DNA of 63,904 nucleotides, counting the filler, from Ministeria vibrans ATCC 50519 (taxonomy: Eukaryota > Protista > Filasterea): the NCBI GenBank assembly GCA_943704425.1. It is 10 parts of 10 records of this genome, joined end to end, with 100 filler letters (N's around TTAATTAATTAA, not from the genome) between each part and the next. Parts side by side here need not be neighbours in the genome. Positions count along the whole stretch, not along the records: positions 35,313 to 56,297 come from CALSCP010001513.1; positions 56,398 to 59,172 come from CALSCP010002683.1; positions 59,273 to 61,301 come from CALSCP010000831.1; positions 61,402 to 63,904 come from CALSCP010000101.1; 6 more parts are not named here. One strand, 5' to 3'. Each line of letters starts with the position of its first letter. Position 1 is the stretch's first letter. The notes under the pieces were generated by a model that saw only the letters and a list, made by a program, of their open reading frames with translations, searched no databases and had not been told where the DNA came from. Shown here one piece after another: positions 50,559 to 63,818 of the stretch. Position numbers and translations under genes: made by a program.

Positions 50559-50789
50559 GAGTGCATTCGAGCGGGGGAGTGTGTGGATGAGAGAGAGAGA
50601 GAGAGAGAAAGAGAAAGAGAGGAGGCAAAGAGGTGTTTGAGAGGGAGAAAGATTGATGTATGCCTTTGAAAGAACGTTCTTGCTTATAACTACTATATCT
50701 CAAACTTGAATGGAACTGATATGTATGACAATATAATAGCAATATTTGATCAGTCTGAAAATTTCATTTTTGAAATCTAATTAATTTGG

Positions 50790-53426
50790 ATGAACGAAGT
50801 GATAGCAGATCAAGATGCGACGCGTAGTCGACATCGACGTCTGGCATTCGTTCTGTTGCCAACGGTCGGACTGTTTTTCGCGTCGGCTGGACTTGCTGTG
50901 TGGGCGACGACGCTCAGCGCTCTTGCAGTCGTTGGTGCGCTTGCGCTCTACGACGATCGAGAGGCATTGATGATCAGCATTCTGATGGGCGTCAGTGCGG
51001 TTGTTGCTGCGGCGGCATTCGAGAGTGCTCTCGCGTCGTTGTTGGACGTGTTCATTTTGGCGACGCTGTTGTTCCTGTTGGGTTCCAGCTGCTTCTGGAT
51101 CTTGTCGCTGTACGATGGCGAGGTCACTCCATCGTACCAGTCGCTGCTTGTAGTGGCCGCCGCGATTGGTGCGTCGTTTCCTCTGTGCGACCATCGCAAC
51201 GAATGGATGTCGGGCTTGCCTGGTGAGCATTGGATTGTGTTTCACGCGACAATGTGTTTCTTTCTGTTGAGCCGCGAGCCTCAGCGTGTGTCGGCGACCA
51301 CGTGGGTTGTGCAAGTGGCTGTGTGCCTGCTTACAGGGCCTCTGTGGTGTCTTATGGGCGCTGAATGTCAAGCGAATACTTCGGTGCTGTGGACCTTATC
51401 ACTGCTCTTTGTGCTGGTAGTTTCACCTTGGCCCGTCAATCAGTGTGGACGCGTGAACCGTGGTCTGTGGTCCACCGTGGCCCTTGCAATGGTTACGGTG
51501 TGTGCAGGCGCACACCTGTGTGCTGTGTACGGCTACGACTCGAACATCAAGATTGTATCTGTACTCTCTGTCGTGTTTATTCTGGCACACCTGCGCAGCG
51601 ATCTTTTGCCGATCTTGGTGTGGTCGACGGCGCTGTGGAGTGTCTTGTCTGCGACCACTACACTTAGTACGTTTATGGCGGTGAGTGGGCCTCTTGCGGC
51701 GGCCGCCATCTTGATATGGTCCGTTCTTCCGTCGCGGTACTCACCGCTGAGCACAACGGCCGCGCTATGCTCTGTGAGCGAGGCTACACTGGCCACCGTG
51801 CTGTTGGTGCGCCAACATACCAGCGTGAATGGTGGTGGCGACGACGCGACTGTTTGGTGGGTTTTTGGGGGTGTCCTCGGTCCTCTGGTTGTGGCGATGC
51901 ATGTGAGGCGTGTGCTGTGGAGTCGGCCGCTTCCGGTGCGCACCACTGCCCAGTGTGTGGCAGTTGTAGTGTGCAGTGCCTTTGCCGTATGGAGTGTACG
52001 CGACACGGTGGTACGCGTGGTGCTGGAGCAAGCGGGTGTGGCGGTGCACAGTGTGGTGCAACATGCGGCCTTGTGCGTCGCCGCGCTGTGTGCACTTCTT
52101 CTTCCGATGCGTCACACGTGTTTTTCTGCAAGCGTGTCGCATTCACTCTCGTCCGTGCTGCGTCTCATACCGGCCTTTCTCATAGCGAGCATGCTCGTGT
52201 CGGTGCTTGCGCACGAGGAAGGGCCTCGCGTGCACGGCGACCATGTACATGAGAATGACGTTTCACCACTACTACCACTGGGGCGACTCGCAGGGCTCAT
52301 CGCGTTGGCTGCACCCGTGCTCGTCGCACTTGAGCGAACGAGGTCGCGTCTGGGCACGGCCGTGGCCACCATTGCGTGTCTTGTGCTGGGCGCGTTCCTG
52401 GGCATGATTGTGTTTGAGCATGGTGTTCCCGACGAGCGACGCGACTGTCCGGTGACGTACGTGGCTCTCGTGAGTTCCTGGGCGGTGGGTGCGCTGGTGG
52501 CGTTTCGTATTGCGTGCGAGCGGTTGGCGGTGCCGTTGCGCTGGACCACTGCAGTGTTGGGAGTGCTCTCGCTGCTTCTTCACATTGCTGTGAGCCTTGT
52601 TCTCGTTGCGTTTGTAGGAGGGAACGACACCAGCGAGAGTGACATTATTGATGAACACCGAGGCACCGCTGCAGTGCTTCTATTGGCGCCCTTGGCCTTT
52701 GCGCTGACTCTTGTGGCGATAGTTTTGTCGCTGAGACGCAGTGGCGGTCGACTGAGGACACGCAGGTGGCTGGTGGGCCTATCACTTTTTATGTGGGTTG
52801 TGGTGGTTGCGGTGGGTGCGCCGGCGCACGACCTCACTGGCATGCGTAGTGCCGTCTTGGTCACACCACTGCTGCTGCTGTGGCCTAACGACGGCGCGAT
52901 TCGCTTTGAGAGAGGGTCTCGGGTGCCTGGTTCGGTGTCGCTGCGACACAGCGTCACGCCCGTCTCCTGGACAGTGTTTTTGTTGCTCTGCGGCGGTGTT
53001 CTAGCCGAGAGCGGCCACGAGACGATTGCTGCGCGCGTATGCGATGCTGTGCTTGTGGTCCTTGTTGGCGCCGCTGTTGTGGTGTTTAGTCAAGGCAGGA
53101 CTACTGTCAGTGCGGGTGGGACTGGACGAAGTGTTGGTGGTGGTGGTGGGCGCGAACACGAGCGACGCCAGCACGACCCTCGATATGTGATGCTGCCGTA
53201 CATTGCGTGTGTTGCGGTGCCACTGCAGCGCCTTTGGTCCGCGTCCCCGCTGGTGCCCACCTCTTTAGAAGTACGTTGTGTGTGGTGCATGTTGCTTGTT
53301 TGGTCAAGTGTTGACAAGATGTGTTTGCCTTTGTGTTAGATGATGGGCATTGCTGGAGTGCTACTGGGCTATCTTGACTGGCGCAGTCGGGTGGATTCCT
53401 TTAAGTTTGTTCAAAAGATATTGTAG
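50790..53426 (+). CDS. Polytopic membrane protein, possibly related to plant NEF1
   Basis: About 850 aa with around 20 hydrophobic segments. LVTPLLLLWPND and the C-terminus loosely recall NEF1 (LAPILLLLNQD). One intron near the 3' end. Confidence 0.6.
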
Positions 53427-53844
53427 TGTTATATGTATAGTTCAGAAGTAAGAGAAAATATATAGAGAATCGAAAGTTCAGAAGTAATTAATATGAAAGA
53501 ATTCCTTTCTTTCTTTCTGTCCCACCGAATCTAATTAATTTATTTTGGTGCCTATCGTCTATCGTGTCACTTGTCTCGCGACCATCCAGTCCTGTCGCTT
53601 AGATAGTGGTTCCGAGTTGTTTGTGTTGCGGCGTTTGTGATTGATTAAAACTATTAGAAGAAGAAGAATACAACCCATTTATTAATGACTATTAAACATG
53701 AACTCTAGTTAAATATTCACTTCTACTCTTCGAGAAGTGAATTATTTATGAATAAATTTATTAATAATTAAATAGTATTTTCTGACTAGGTACGCGTGCG
53801 TAGATACCCGCCCGTACACACACACACACATACACACTTGATCT

Positions 53845-55669
53845 ATGGACCTGTCGTCGCTCGCTCTTGACTCGGACGAGCGCACACTGCAAGACGAAAT
53901 GTTGGACGCCCGAAATCTCTATTGCCAGATTTTGCGCGAACATACCTGCTACGATCTGATACCCAAGGTACCTGAACATGCGTGCGCGACGGATGCGCTT
54001 CGAAACGTAACCTTTGTGTGGGTTTTTGGGCCTTGGGGTTTGCAGAGTGGCAAAATTGTCATATTTGACGTACAGCTGCACGTGAAGAAGGCCTTCTTTG
54101 CGCTTGTGCAGAATGGCATTAGGTCTGCACCGCTGTGGGACAGCAAACGAATGGTATTTGTGAAAGTGAAAAATTGTCGAGAGTTCAACTTTTTTTTCTG
54201 TTGTCTGTTGATTCTCTCTCACACTTTGTTTCTCACTCAAACTTTGTTTCTCACTCTCACTTTGTTTCTCACTCTCACTTTGTTTCTCACTCTCACTTTG
54301 TTTCTCTTACTTTGTTTCTCTCTCACACTTTGTTTCTCACTCTCACTTTGTTTCTCACTCTTACTTTGTTTCTCTTACTTTGTTTCTCTCTCACACTTTG
54401 TTTCTCACTCTCACTTTGTTTCTCACTCTCACTTTGTTTCTCACTCTCACTTTGTTTCTCACTCTTACTTTGTTTCTCTTACTTTGTTTCTCTCTCACAC
54501 TTTGTTTCTCTCTCACACTTTGTTTCTCACTCTTACTTTGTTTCTCTCTCGCACTTTGTTTCTCACCCTCACTTTGCTTCTCTCTATCACTGTGTTTATC
54601 CTTTGTGTGTGTGTGTGTCTCCCTCTCTCTATCGCGCCGTTTCTTTCTCCCCTCTCTACTTTTCCAGGAGTTTCGCGGCATGCTGACTGTGACGGACTTT
54701 ATGTCAATCTTATGTCAGTTCTATCAAAGTTCACTTGTGCGCATGGACGAATTGGAGCAACACCGGATTCAGACGTGGAGAGAGATTGCGAACAAGAAAG
54801 TACGAAGGAGGTTGGGTGGCGAGACGACGGCGACTCAACATTTTTGTCGTGATAGGGGACGTTGCCCAAGAAGGCGATTAGCATTGAGCCAGAGGAGACG
54901 CTGTACGACGCAGTGGCGTTGCTGATCCAGAAGCGGATCCATCGACTACCGCTGATTGCGTCGGAGAGCAACACGGCCGTGGCCATTCTCACACACAAGC
55001 GCATTCTGAGGTTTCTCACCGAAGAGTACAACAAGCTGCACGGCGGAGTAAGGCGGGGGAAAAGACAATAATAAGAAAGAGAAGGAAATGAAAATGTTGC
55101 ATTGCATAGATGCCCGAGGCGTTCAAGCGAGCGGCCATTGAGGAGCTGGGCATTGGGACGTATGCGAACATTTGCACTGCGACCCCGACGCAACCGCTCA
55201 TTGGAGTGCTGAAGCTGTTGCTGGAGAAGCGTATCAGCGCCGTACCTATTGTGGACAGCGACGGGCGTGTCACCGACGTCTACTCCAAGTTTGATGTTAT
55301 TGTACGTGTTAGACCCATATTATTAATAATGAGATAATACTAATTTTCGTTTTTAACATTGTATTATTATAGAATCTTGCACGCGAGCGGACATACAACG
55401 ACCTGGACATCAGTGTGTCACAGGCACTGACCTACCGCGCGGACGATTTTGAAGGGGTCCACACGTGTCAGCGGACCGACTCGCTCGCGTCCGTCATCAC
55501 CAACATTGTCAATGCCGCAGTGCACCGCCTCATCATTGTCGATGCCGATCGCAAGGTTGTCGGCATGGTCTCCCTCTCCGACATTCTCTCCTATCTGCAT
55601 GTGGTCGACGACGACGACGACGACGACACCGATCGCAATGATCTCTCTCACCCCTACACCCTTTTGTAA
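53845..55669 (+). CDS. SNF4: AMP-activated protein kinase gamma subunit (four CBS domains)
   Basis: HTCYDLIP, VKKAFFALVQNGIRSAPLWDS, GMLTVTDF, IHRLP, LTHKRILRFL, DVYSKFDVI, VHRLIIVD, SLSDIL. Confidence 0.96.
54215..54590 (+). repeat. Intronic 16-18-bp minisatellite (ACTTTGTTTCTCACTCTC)
   Basis: About 20 tandem copies inside an AMPK-gamma intron. Confidence 0.95.
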
Positions 55670-55901
55670 CAAAATGAAAGACGCACTTGTGTAAGGCGTT
55701 TGAAAAACATCCGAACTTCACGGTGTGGCCTGAGCTGTAAGGGAAGGGGATCACTTGAGGGGATGCAGAGTGCACTGTCTGTCATGCAGAGTGCACTGTG
55801 CAGACGGCATGTCTGAAATCTCAAACATTTAATCCAACAAAACGAAATTCGCGATTAAAATCAAATTTAATTCATTCATTTTTGTTCATCTTGCTCTTGT
55901 C

Positions 55902-56178
55902 ATGTCTGCCGTAGTCAAGCGCAGCTTTGACGCGATGGACGCGGACGTTGTCGCGCCGGGATCGCCGTCGCCCCTGAAGCGGTGTCGCTACAACGTGCCG
56001 ATGGCCACGTCGCCCGTCAGCAACCACCAGTATGGCGCGGGGGCGTGTGCCATGGCTGCGACTGCGACGGCGCCATCGTCATCGTCGCGCGACGCCTCTC
56101 CCGAACTGCTCCACAAGACACGCCAGCGCTACCCGCTCCCTTCTACAGATACCTGCTTTGTGCCTCACTCGTCGGCCG
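55902..56178 (+). CDS. Possible akirin-like protein, first exon (truncated)
   Basis: MSAVVKRSFD...SPSPLKRCR resembles the akirin N-terminus (LKR..DFD...SP..KRRRC). The diagnostic C-terminus is absent. Confidence 0.4.
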
Positions 56179-56438
56179 GTAAGTTCTCTTCTGTCTTTTT
56201 TCCCTCTTTTTGTCGACATCCTGTTTCTTGGTGGCTGGACGGGGCGACGAGCGGCGGCATCAACGACACGGTACAGGCCCGCACACGCATTGACGACNNN
56301 NNNNNNNNNNNNNNNNNNNNNNNNNNNNNNNNNNNNNNNNNTTAATTAATTAANNNNNNNNNNNNNNNNNNNNNNNNNNNNNNNNNNNNNNNNNNNNGAG
56401 ATAGAGATAGAGAGAGAGAGAGATAGAGATAGAGAGAG

Positions 56439-56536
<98 letters not shown>

Positions 56537-56696
56537 ACTCTCTTTATGTTCTAGTGCAATGCGAACGCATTCATATTAGGATTTTTCCACGTCATGCGCC
56601 AACCAAGATAATATTAGTGAACGGGGCAAACATACAGGAAGGCTTTGCTTTATTTCTTTTGATTGGTCTGGGTTTTTGCGTTTTAGTTTTTTTCCT

Positions 56697-57838
56697 TCAT
56701 CTTTTGGTGGATGTGAATCGGCTTAGCGCTGATGGAGTCTCGTCGTCGTGGTCGGTCACACTCGACCCCGCCGGTGCCTTGCCTTTGTTCTTCTTCTTCT
56801 GAAGCGCCTTCTCTCGCTCCTGTTGAGCCTTGGCACGCTCGTGTTCGAGCTTGTCGAGCATTAACTGGCGCTCACGCGTCACCACGACGGCCTGCTTGCG
56901 CTTCGCCCGTCTCAGTGCCGAACTACGACCACGCGCCTTCTTCTTCTCCTTCTTGATACGCACACCATGCGGCACCGACGATGACGCACCACCGTCTTCC
57001 TCGTCGTCTTCTCCACCACCACCACCATTCCCTCGTTTTGACGCCACACGTGCAATGGACGCTTTCGCGTCAAGCGTGATCATGCTCGGCTGGATCTTGG
57101 TCAGCAGTTGCTTCACCTCCCTCTCCTGCCGCTGCTTCTTGCGCTCAAACGGATTGGCCTCAAACGCATCGAAATTGGGTTCACCCGCTCCCGGCACAAG
57201 GAGACTGGTGACACCGCGCGAGCGACCAACACCCAACACATCCTCAAAGGGGCAAAAGCGCAGCGACTCCACACTCTCTCCACCAAACAGCGACGACAAA
57301 TAGGGTGATTCTTGCTTGACACGCAGCGCATCCTGCCACACAGTCACGTGAGGTCCATTGCCAACGGCGAGCAGTCCGCGTTGACTCACGGCCAGGGTCG
57401 TCGCGGGTGTCAGTGTGTGGTACGTGTGTACCGTCTTGTATGTCCGGATGTCCCACACCTTCATCTTGTTGTCGACACCACTGCTCACCATGTAGCTAAA
57501 CGAAAAAAGTGTGTATTCGTGCATAAGTGAGCGAGTACGTTTGTGATTTTATACATAATATAATAAATAATATTTTATGGACTCGTACTTGCCCTGGTGA
57601 TCGTATGTCAGCGCACAGAGGGGCCCGGTATGAGCGAGCATGGACACCACAGGAGCACTCATATTGGGGGTCCACATGGTGACCGTGCCGTTGTGGTGGC
57701 CGACCGTGGAAACGGCATTGTGTGGGTTGTGCGTGAGAATGCTGCTGGCGCCCTTGCGCGTGCGGTGCTCGGCTACCAGTCCTCCTGTCGATGTGTCTTG
57801 GTACTTCAGGTAGCCCGAAGCGCCCTTTTGGTTGATTT

Positions 57839-57898
<60 letters not shown>

Positions 57899-58231
57899 AC
57901 ACACAGAGAGAGAGAAAGAGAGAGAGAAAGTTAGAGAGAGAGAAAGAGAGAGAGAAAGTTAGAGAGAGAGAAAGATAGAGAAGGAGTGAGTGGAGAGCGC
58001 AAATTGGTACTACTCTGAAAAAAAAAACCCTTCCCTCGATAAAATTTTTTTAATCAGCATTTTTTTCTTACGATTGAGACGAGCAGAAAATGAAAGGGAA
58101 GAAAATCCAATGCATTTGGCTCAATGTGTTTGCGCATACAATGAATTTCAATGCCCTTTGAGTCGTAAATATAGACGTATTTGCGCTGAGCGACTGCAAA
58201 AAGTGACTCATTGTGCAGCCAGCTGAGTGAG

Positions 58232-58275
<44 letters not shown>

Positions 58276-58278
58276 GAG

Positions 58279-58362
<84 letters not shown>

Positions 58363-58880
58363 AAGAAACAAAGTGATAGAGAGAGAGCGTTGTGTGAGTG
58401 TGAGTGACTTGTTTCATATCGTGTAGTTTTGCTTGTTTTACAGAGCGTCGCGAACAGTTTCCTTGAGGTGCAATTCACACCCGAGTTTGCCACTCTACAC
58501 ACATATACACATAGTTAAAATTGAGCCTCACAGGCACTTTTTTCTTCACAATAGACTTACACCCCAATCGAATGTCGCGACGTGTCCCTTACGACCCGCC
58601 ACAATTGCGTGCCTATGTTGAAGGGCGTTTGTTATAGGATGAAACAGAGCGAAGAGAGTACAAGTAAAAAGAGGAGGACTTGTGTGCTTACTTTCCGTTG
58701 CGAGTGTACCGCATTTTGTAAGGTCCAAATGTATCGAGTGACAGCTCAAATGACTGGAAAGAATGGTGTTACATTTCTTCTCAATGTTTTACGTTGATGC
58801 CATACCTTCGCTGCACTTGCGACGCCAATATGCTCTTTGATCTCCGACTGTTTGAAATGATACGTCTTCTCCATTCCTTC
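56697..58880 (-). CDS. UTP7: WDR46/UTP7 U3 snoRNP WD40 protein with BING4CT domain (5' truncated)
   Basis: [72 protein letters not shown]. Confidence 0.94.
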
Positions 58881-59049
58881 CGCCTCGAGTGAACTGCACC
58901 GCAGAGGAGAGAGAGGGAAGAGGAGAGAGAGGGAGGAGGAGAGAGAGAGAGTTCAAGAGAGAGAGTTCAAGAGAGAGTTCAAGAGAGTTCAAGAGAGAGA
59001 GAGTTCAAGAGAGTTCAAGAGAGAGAGAGAGTTCAAGAGAGAGAGAAAA

Positions 59050-59172
<123 letters not shown>

Positions 59173-59471
59173 NNNNNNNNNNNNNNNNNNNNNNNNNNNN
59201 NNNNNNNNNNNNNNNNTTAATTAATTAANNNNNNNNNNNNNNNNNNNNNNNNNNNNNNNNNNNNNNNNNNNNCTTACTTTCTTCTCCCTCTCTCTCACTC
59301 ACACACTCTCTCCCTTGTCTTATTATTGCCGCAAACTAGGGTTTTGTACACATCGTCTTTTTTTATATCAAATTGGGGGGGGGTTTTTTTATAATGGGTC
59401 GGCTCACTCGCCTCAACACGTTTCTTTGAAGCATACGCTCACGACAGACACATTTGTTTTTCTTCTTGCAG

Positions 59472-61284
59472 CAGCAGCCGGCTATCCTGCTGCTCCCGCC
59501 GGCTATCCCGGGGCACCGCCCGCTGGCTTCCCTCAGCCAGGAGGCTACCCCGCCGCACCTCCTGCCGGTGGTGCTCCATATGGCTGGGGAGGTGCCCCGG
59601 CACCTGCGCCTGCTGCCGGTGGATGGGGTGCGCCTCAGCCGGGTCAGGGAGCTCCACCGCAGCAAGGTGGTTGGGGTGCGCCTCAGCCGGGTCAGGGAGC
59701 TCCACCACAGCAGGGTGGTTGGGGTGCGCCTCAGCCGGGTCAGGGAGCTCCACCGCAGCAGGGTGGTTGGGGTGCGCCCCCCGCCGGCCAGCAGGCACCT
59801 CCTCAGCAACAGGCGCCTCCGCAGCAACAGGCGCCTCCGCAGCAACAGGCGCCGCCTCCGCAGCAGCAGCAGCAACAATGGGGCCAAGCACCTCCTCAGC
59901 AACAAGTGCAGCAGCAAGCTCCGCCTCCACAGCAGCAACAGCAGGCTCCGCCTGCTCGCCCGCCTCCGCCCGCCTCCGCCCCTGCCCAGGCGTCGGCCGG
60001 CCCCTCGCTGCAAGAGCAGGCTGCCGCCCATGCTGCCGAGCAGGCCAAGCTGCAGGCTAACCTGGAGGGCCTGAAGATTGCGTCGAGCGTTGGTCCCCTC
60101 GTGGAACACGGCACCGTCACGGACCATCCCAACTTTGATGCGGAGAAGGACGCAGAGGTATGTTGTGCGCTGAGGATATGAATGGAGATTAAAAAGCTGT
60201 GTGGTTAGGTCCTGCGCAAGGCCATGAAGGGACTGGGCACAGACGAAGCGGCCATCATTGCTGTGGTAAGCGGCAACAACACATTGCCCTTGCCGTGCAG
60301 CTGATGCTTTTTTTGTGTTGGTCCCTCTCCCTCTCAGCTGTGCAACCGCTCTGCCGACCAGCGCAAGAAGATCGCTCTGACGTTCAAGACCATGTACGGA
60401 AAGGACCTAGAGAAAGAGCTGAAGGGCGAGCTGTCGGGCCGATTCGAGGATACCATCATCGCACTACTCAAGGTAATAAGACACAGCCATACAAAAAGAG
60501 ACCCCGAGTGCGTACTGATGCAATGCGATGCGATGCGATGCGATGGTGTAGGACCGTCTTGAGATGCTTGCGTGGTCGCTGCGTCATGCCATGAAGGGCG
60601 CTGGCACCGACGAGCAGTGTCTCATTGAGATCCTGGCGTCCGCCGACAACAAGGAGATCCATCTCATCAAGAACCGCTACAAGGAGCTGTACAATCGTGA
60701 TCTCGAGAAGGACCTTGTCAGCGAAACCAGCGGCCACTTCAAGTGCGTCTTTTATGTCTTCGTTTTCGTTTCTTTCTACCTCTCTTTCCGTATCACTCTG
60801 TTCTTTCTACTATCGCTTTCTTCCTTCTCTTACTTTATTCTTTCTCCTGTCACTTTGTTCTTTCTTCCTCCTCTATCTCTCGCTGATACCCTCTCATTTT
60901 GTTTTTTATTATTCTTTCGCCATCTTCGATTTAGGCGCATTCTCGTGTCACTCGTGCAGGGCAACCGCAATGAGGACACGACGGTGAACGAGGAGAAGGC
61001 GGCTGCAGATGCACAGGCGCTGTTCAAGGCAGGCGAGGCCAAGTGGGGCACAGTACGCACAAAAAATCGGTCTTCCCACTTGTCCCGATATGTTCTTTTA
61101 ATTATTATTATTATTATTATTATTTTCGACTTGCTAGGACGAGTCCAAGTTCAACCAGATCCTGGCGCTACGCTCGTACGCCCATCTGCGTCGTGTTTTC
61201 ACCATATACGGAAGCATCTCCGGCTATGACATCGAGCGTTCGATCGAGCGCGAAATGTCCGGTGACCTCGAACGGGCCATGAAG
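59472..61284 (+). CDS. Annexin with a long Gly/Pro/Gln/Trp-rich N-terminus (A7/A11-like architecture); partial at both ends
   Basis: [36 protein letters not shown]|[12 protein letters not shown]. Confidence 0.93.
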
Positions 61285-61536
61285 GTACCCCTCCCCCCCC
61301 CNNNNNNNNNNNNNNNNNNNNNNNNNNNNNNNNNNNNNNNNNNNNTTAATTAATTAANNNNNNNNNNNNNNNNNNNNNNNNNNNNNNNNNNNNNNNNNNN
61401 NAATGTACTCTTAATTTTCTTATTCTTCTTCAACATAACATCACCTTTTGCGATGCAGTCGCTTCTCCACTCGAGATGTGTTTCGACTACTCTCCTCTTC
61501 TAATTACTAGTATCAATTATGGTAATAACAAACTCT

Positions 61537-62688
61537 TCATTCTCTTGGGGGCACATGACACTCAGCCATCTTCGCCTGTTTGCAAACGGAGGTCGGTCCC
61601 GCGCCATAAATGAGATTGTAGTACTCGCCTTTGAGCTCGTTGAGCAGGTAGATCTTGAACCAGGCGGCAGTGTAGGTGGCGAGGAATGGGTTCTCGATAG
61701 GCGGCCACAGCACCGGCTCGAGGTGCGAAAACCCTTCGACATTGCGATACATTTTGTTGATTTTGGTGCCGTCCATTGCCTCGTAGATTTGCCGAGTCTC
61801 GTTCCAGATGGCGTCGCCTGACGAGGTGAATGCTGCTGTGGGTATGCTCACGTTGACACCTGCATTACCGACGCCACGCACGTAGGCTGTAGCGGCGTGG
61901 TGCAGTACGGCCGCACGAATATCATATGCCTGAGTGCACTTTGCACACGCAGCAATGGTGGTGCTCTGGCCACCCATGCTGTGCCCCGCAATGCCCACCC
62001 CGGTGTGCCACTCAATCAAATTGAATGGATGCTCTTTGGTGTTGTTACGCGAAAATTCAATCGTTTTCAGCGTCTCCGTGTAGTACGAGTCCCAACCATC
62101 GTTGGGCGGTTCGACGCGCGGCAACCCAGCGCACTCGCTCCAGCGCGACGCCCCGCCCGGTTTGCGACACCCAAACGTGCACGACTTGGGGGCAGCCACT
62201 ACAAAGCCGTACGATGCCAGCTGATGGAACAAATCAATCTGGGGGAAGAGAGAGAGAGAGAGGAGAGGGAAAGACACAAAGTGTAAGAGAGAGAGAGAAG
62301 AGGGAAAGATACAAAGTGTAAGAGAGAGAAGGAAAGTATAAGAGAGAGGAGTAAAAAACAAAGTGATATAGAGAGATAGAAACAAAGTGATAGATAGAGA
62401 GAGGAAAGAGAAGGAGAAACATTTACAACAACAACAACACAGAATCCGTCATACATATCCAATGACGTCGAATCCGCCACCGGCCATTCCATGAGCATAA
62501 GCAATGAGCGGGAATCGGTCGCTTGCCGATGCGTTGGACGGGTAAGTCAGCACAATTTCGGGGCTGGACGCATCCAAGGCGGGACAGTCGACAACGGTGC
62601 GTGCGGTGGCGAACGGCCCAATGGCCGGCTGGGCGTCAATCAGACTGGCTCCAAGCAACAGTCCGCACAGTACAGCAAGCGTGGACAT
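61537..62688 (-). CDS. Secreted alpha/beta-hydrolase (chlorophyllase/cutinase-like)
   Basis: Signal peptide, GPFAT, YAHG, LASYGFVVAAP, nucleophile elbow GHSMGG, candidate Asp (SSGDAI) and His (GFSHLEP). One intron. Confidence 0.85.
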
Positions 62689-62817
62689 GCGTAGAGATTG
62701 AGATTGGAAACGGACCAGAAGGTGAAGGAGGGGAAGGCGAACAAAAATGTACAGTTAACTCAATTACCCCAAGACTTAAGTTGATCATAACTTCAATTAA
62801 AATCGACTTCACAAACG

Positions 62818-63300
62818 ATGACTAATATTAGACGTGGCCGTTTGCGCGGCTATTACGTGGGTCCGTCGCATGAACAATTACAGGCACGCGCATTTGCGAG
62901 CTGGGAACGCAGAGGGCGCCCCGAGGGGTCTCCTCATATTGATTGGATTATCGCCAAAGCGGGCCAGTCCGACTTCTGGCACTTGACCACACGCGGCTGG
63001 GCCTCTCGGCACGACGTGATGCACAAGGGCGAACGGGCGCTGTACTCGTGGAAGACGCTGGAGTCGAAGGGCTATCCGGGGCATTCGGCGCGTCTGTGCT
63101 TGACGCTGGACGGCACACGCCAAGACCACTGGGTTTGCATAGTGGACCAGCTCTGGGTCTTGCTGTGCGAAATCAAAAACTCCGAGTGCGGTCGCCAGAT
63201 CACAAAGGAAGAGAGCGAGCCACTGCGCGACGAGGCCATGAAGATCACAATGATGCAATACCCCGCAGACTGGACCAAATCCCCTCTCTTCCCCGCTTGA
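62818..63300 (+). CDS. Intronless protein with a DUF2934-like N-terminal motif
   Basis: EQLQARAFASWERRGRPEGSPHIDWIIA fits the DUF2934 pattern (I..RAY..WE..GRP.G....W..A). Confidence 0.65.
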   Translation: MTNIRRGRLRGYYVGPSHEQLQARAFASWERRGRPEGSPHIDWIIAKAGQSDFWHLTTRGWASRHDVMHKGERALYSWKTLESKGYPGHSARLCLTLDGTRQDHWVCIVDQLWVLLCEIKNSECGRQITKEESEPLRDEAMKITMMQYPADWTKSPLFPA

Positions 63301-63486
63301 CTCCCGCCCAGACGGCCCAGTCCGCAGTTGGGCACTGTGTCAGTATTTCTTTTTGATTCGCCGTTCATGCCGGGATGGCGCAAGGAATGTTTGTAGCAAT
63401 GAAAAAGAAGAAGTTCAGATTAGAAAAATTAGAATAATCAATAATTAGATTATTAGAATAATTTCTTTTACTTACTTACTTACTCC

Positions 63487-63818
63487 ATGCACCGTCGTCA
63501 TTGCGGCCGTCCCGTTGTCGTTGTTGGAGGACCACGCCGTACTCTTGGAGGCGCCATTGTGGGCGGTCTTGGTAAAAAAAAAAAAAAAATCCCCTGTCTG
63601 TCTCCTCTAATGCGCCGTCTCTCTCTCTCTCTCTTTGCCCTTGCTTGGTGTGCCATGCAGTCGCCGGGGCTGTCGCAGGAACCGTGGCCCGCTCGATGAC
63701 GCGTCCGCCTCCCACTCACACAACAACGGTTATTCGCCAAGCGCCACCTCCCACGACCGTCTACGTCCAAGCACCCCCTCAGCAATACCCTCCCCCGCCC
63801 CCTGGTCCTGGTTACGGA
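63487..63818 (+). CDS. Gly-zipper/Pro-rich small protein (3' end beyond window)
   Basis: Spliced product GGAIVGGL|VAGAVAGTVA...TTVYVQAPPQQYPPPPPGPGYG with GT-AG introns. Confidence 0.55.

Noticed and set aside
53845-54925. Hydrophobic LTLTLF / SHSHFV repeat proteins in the ORF track
   Set aside because: They are translations of an intronic minisatellite.
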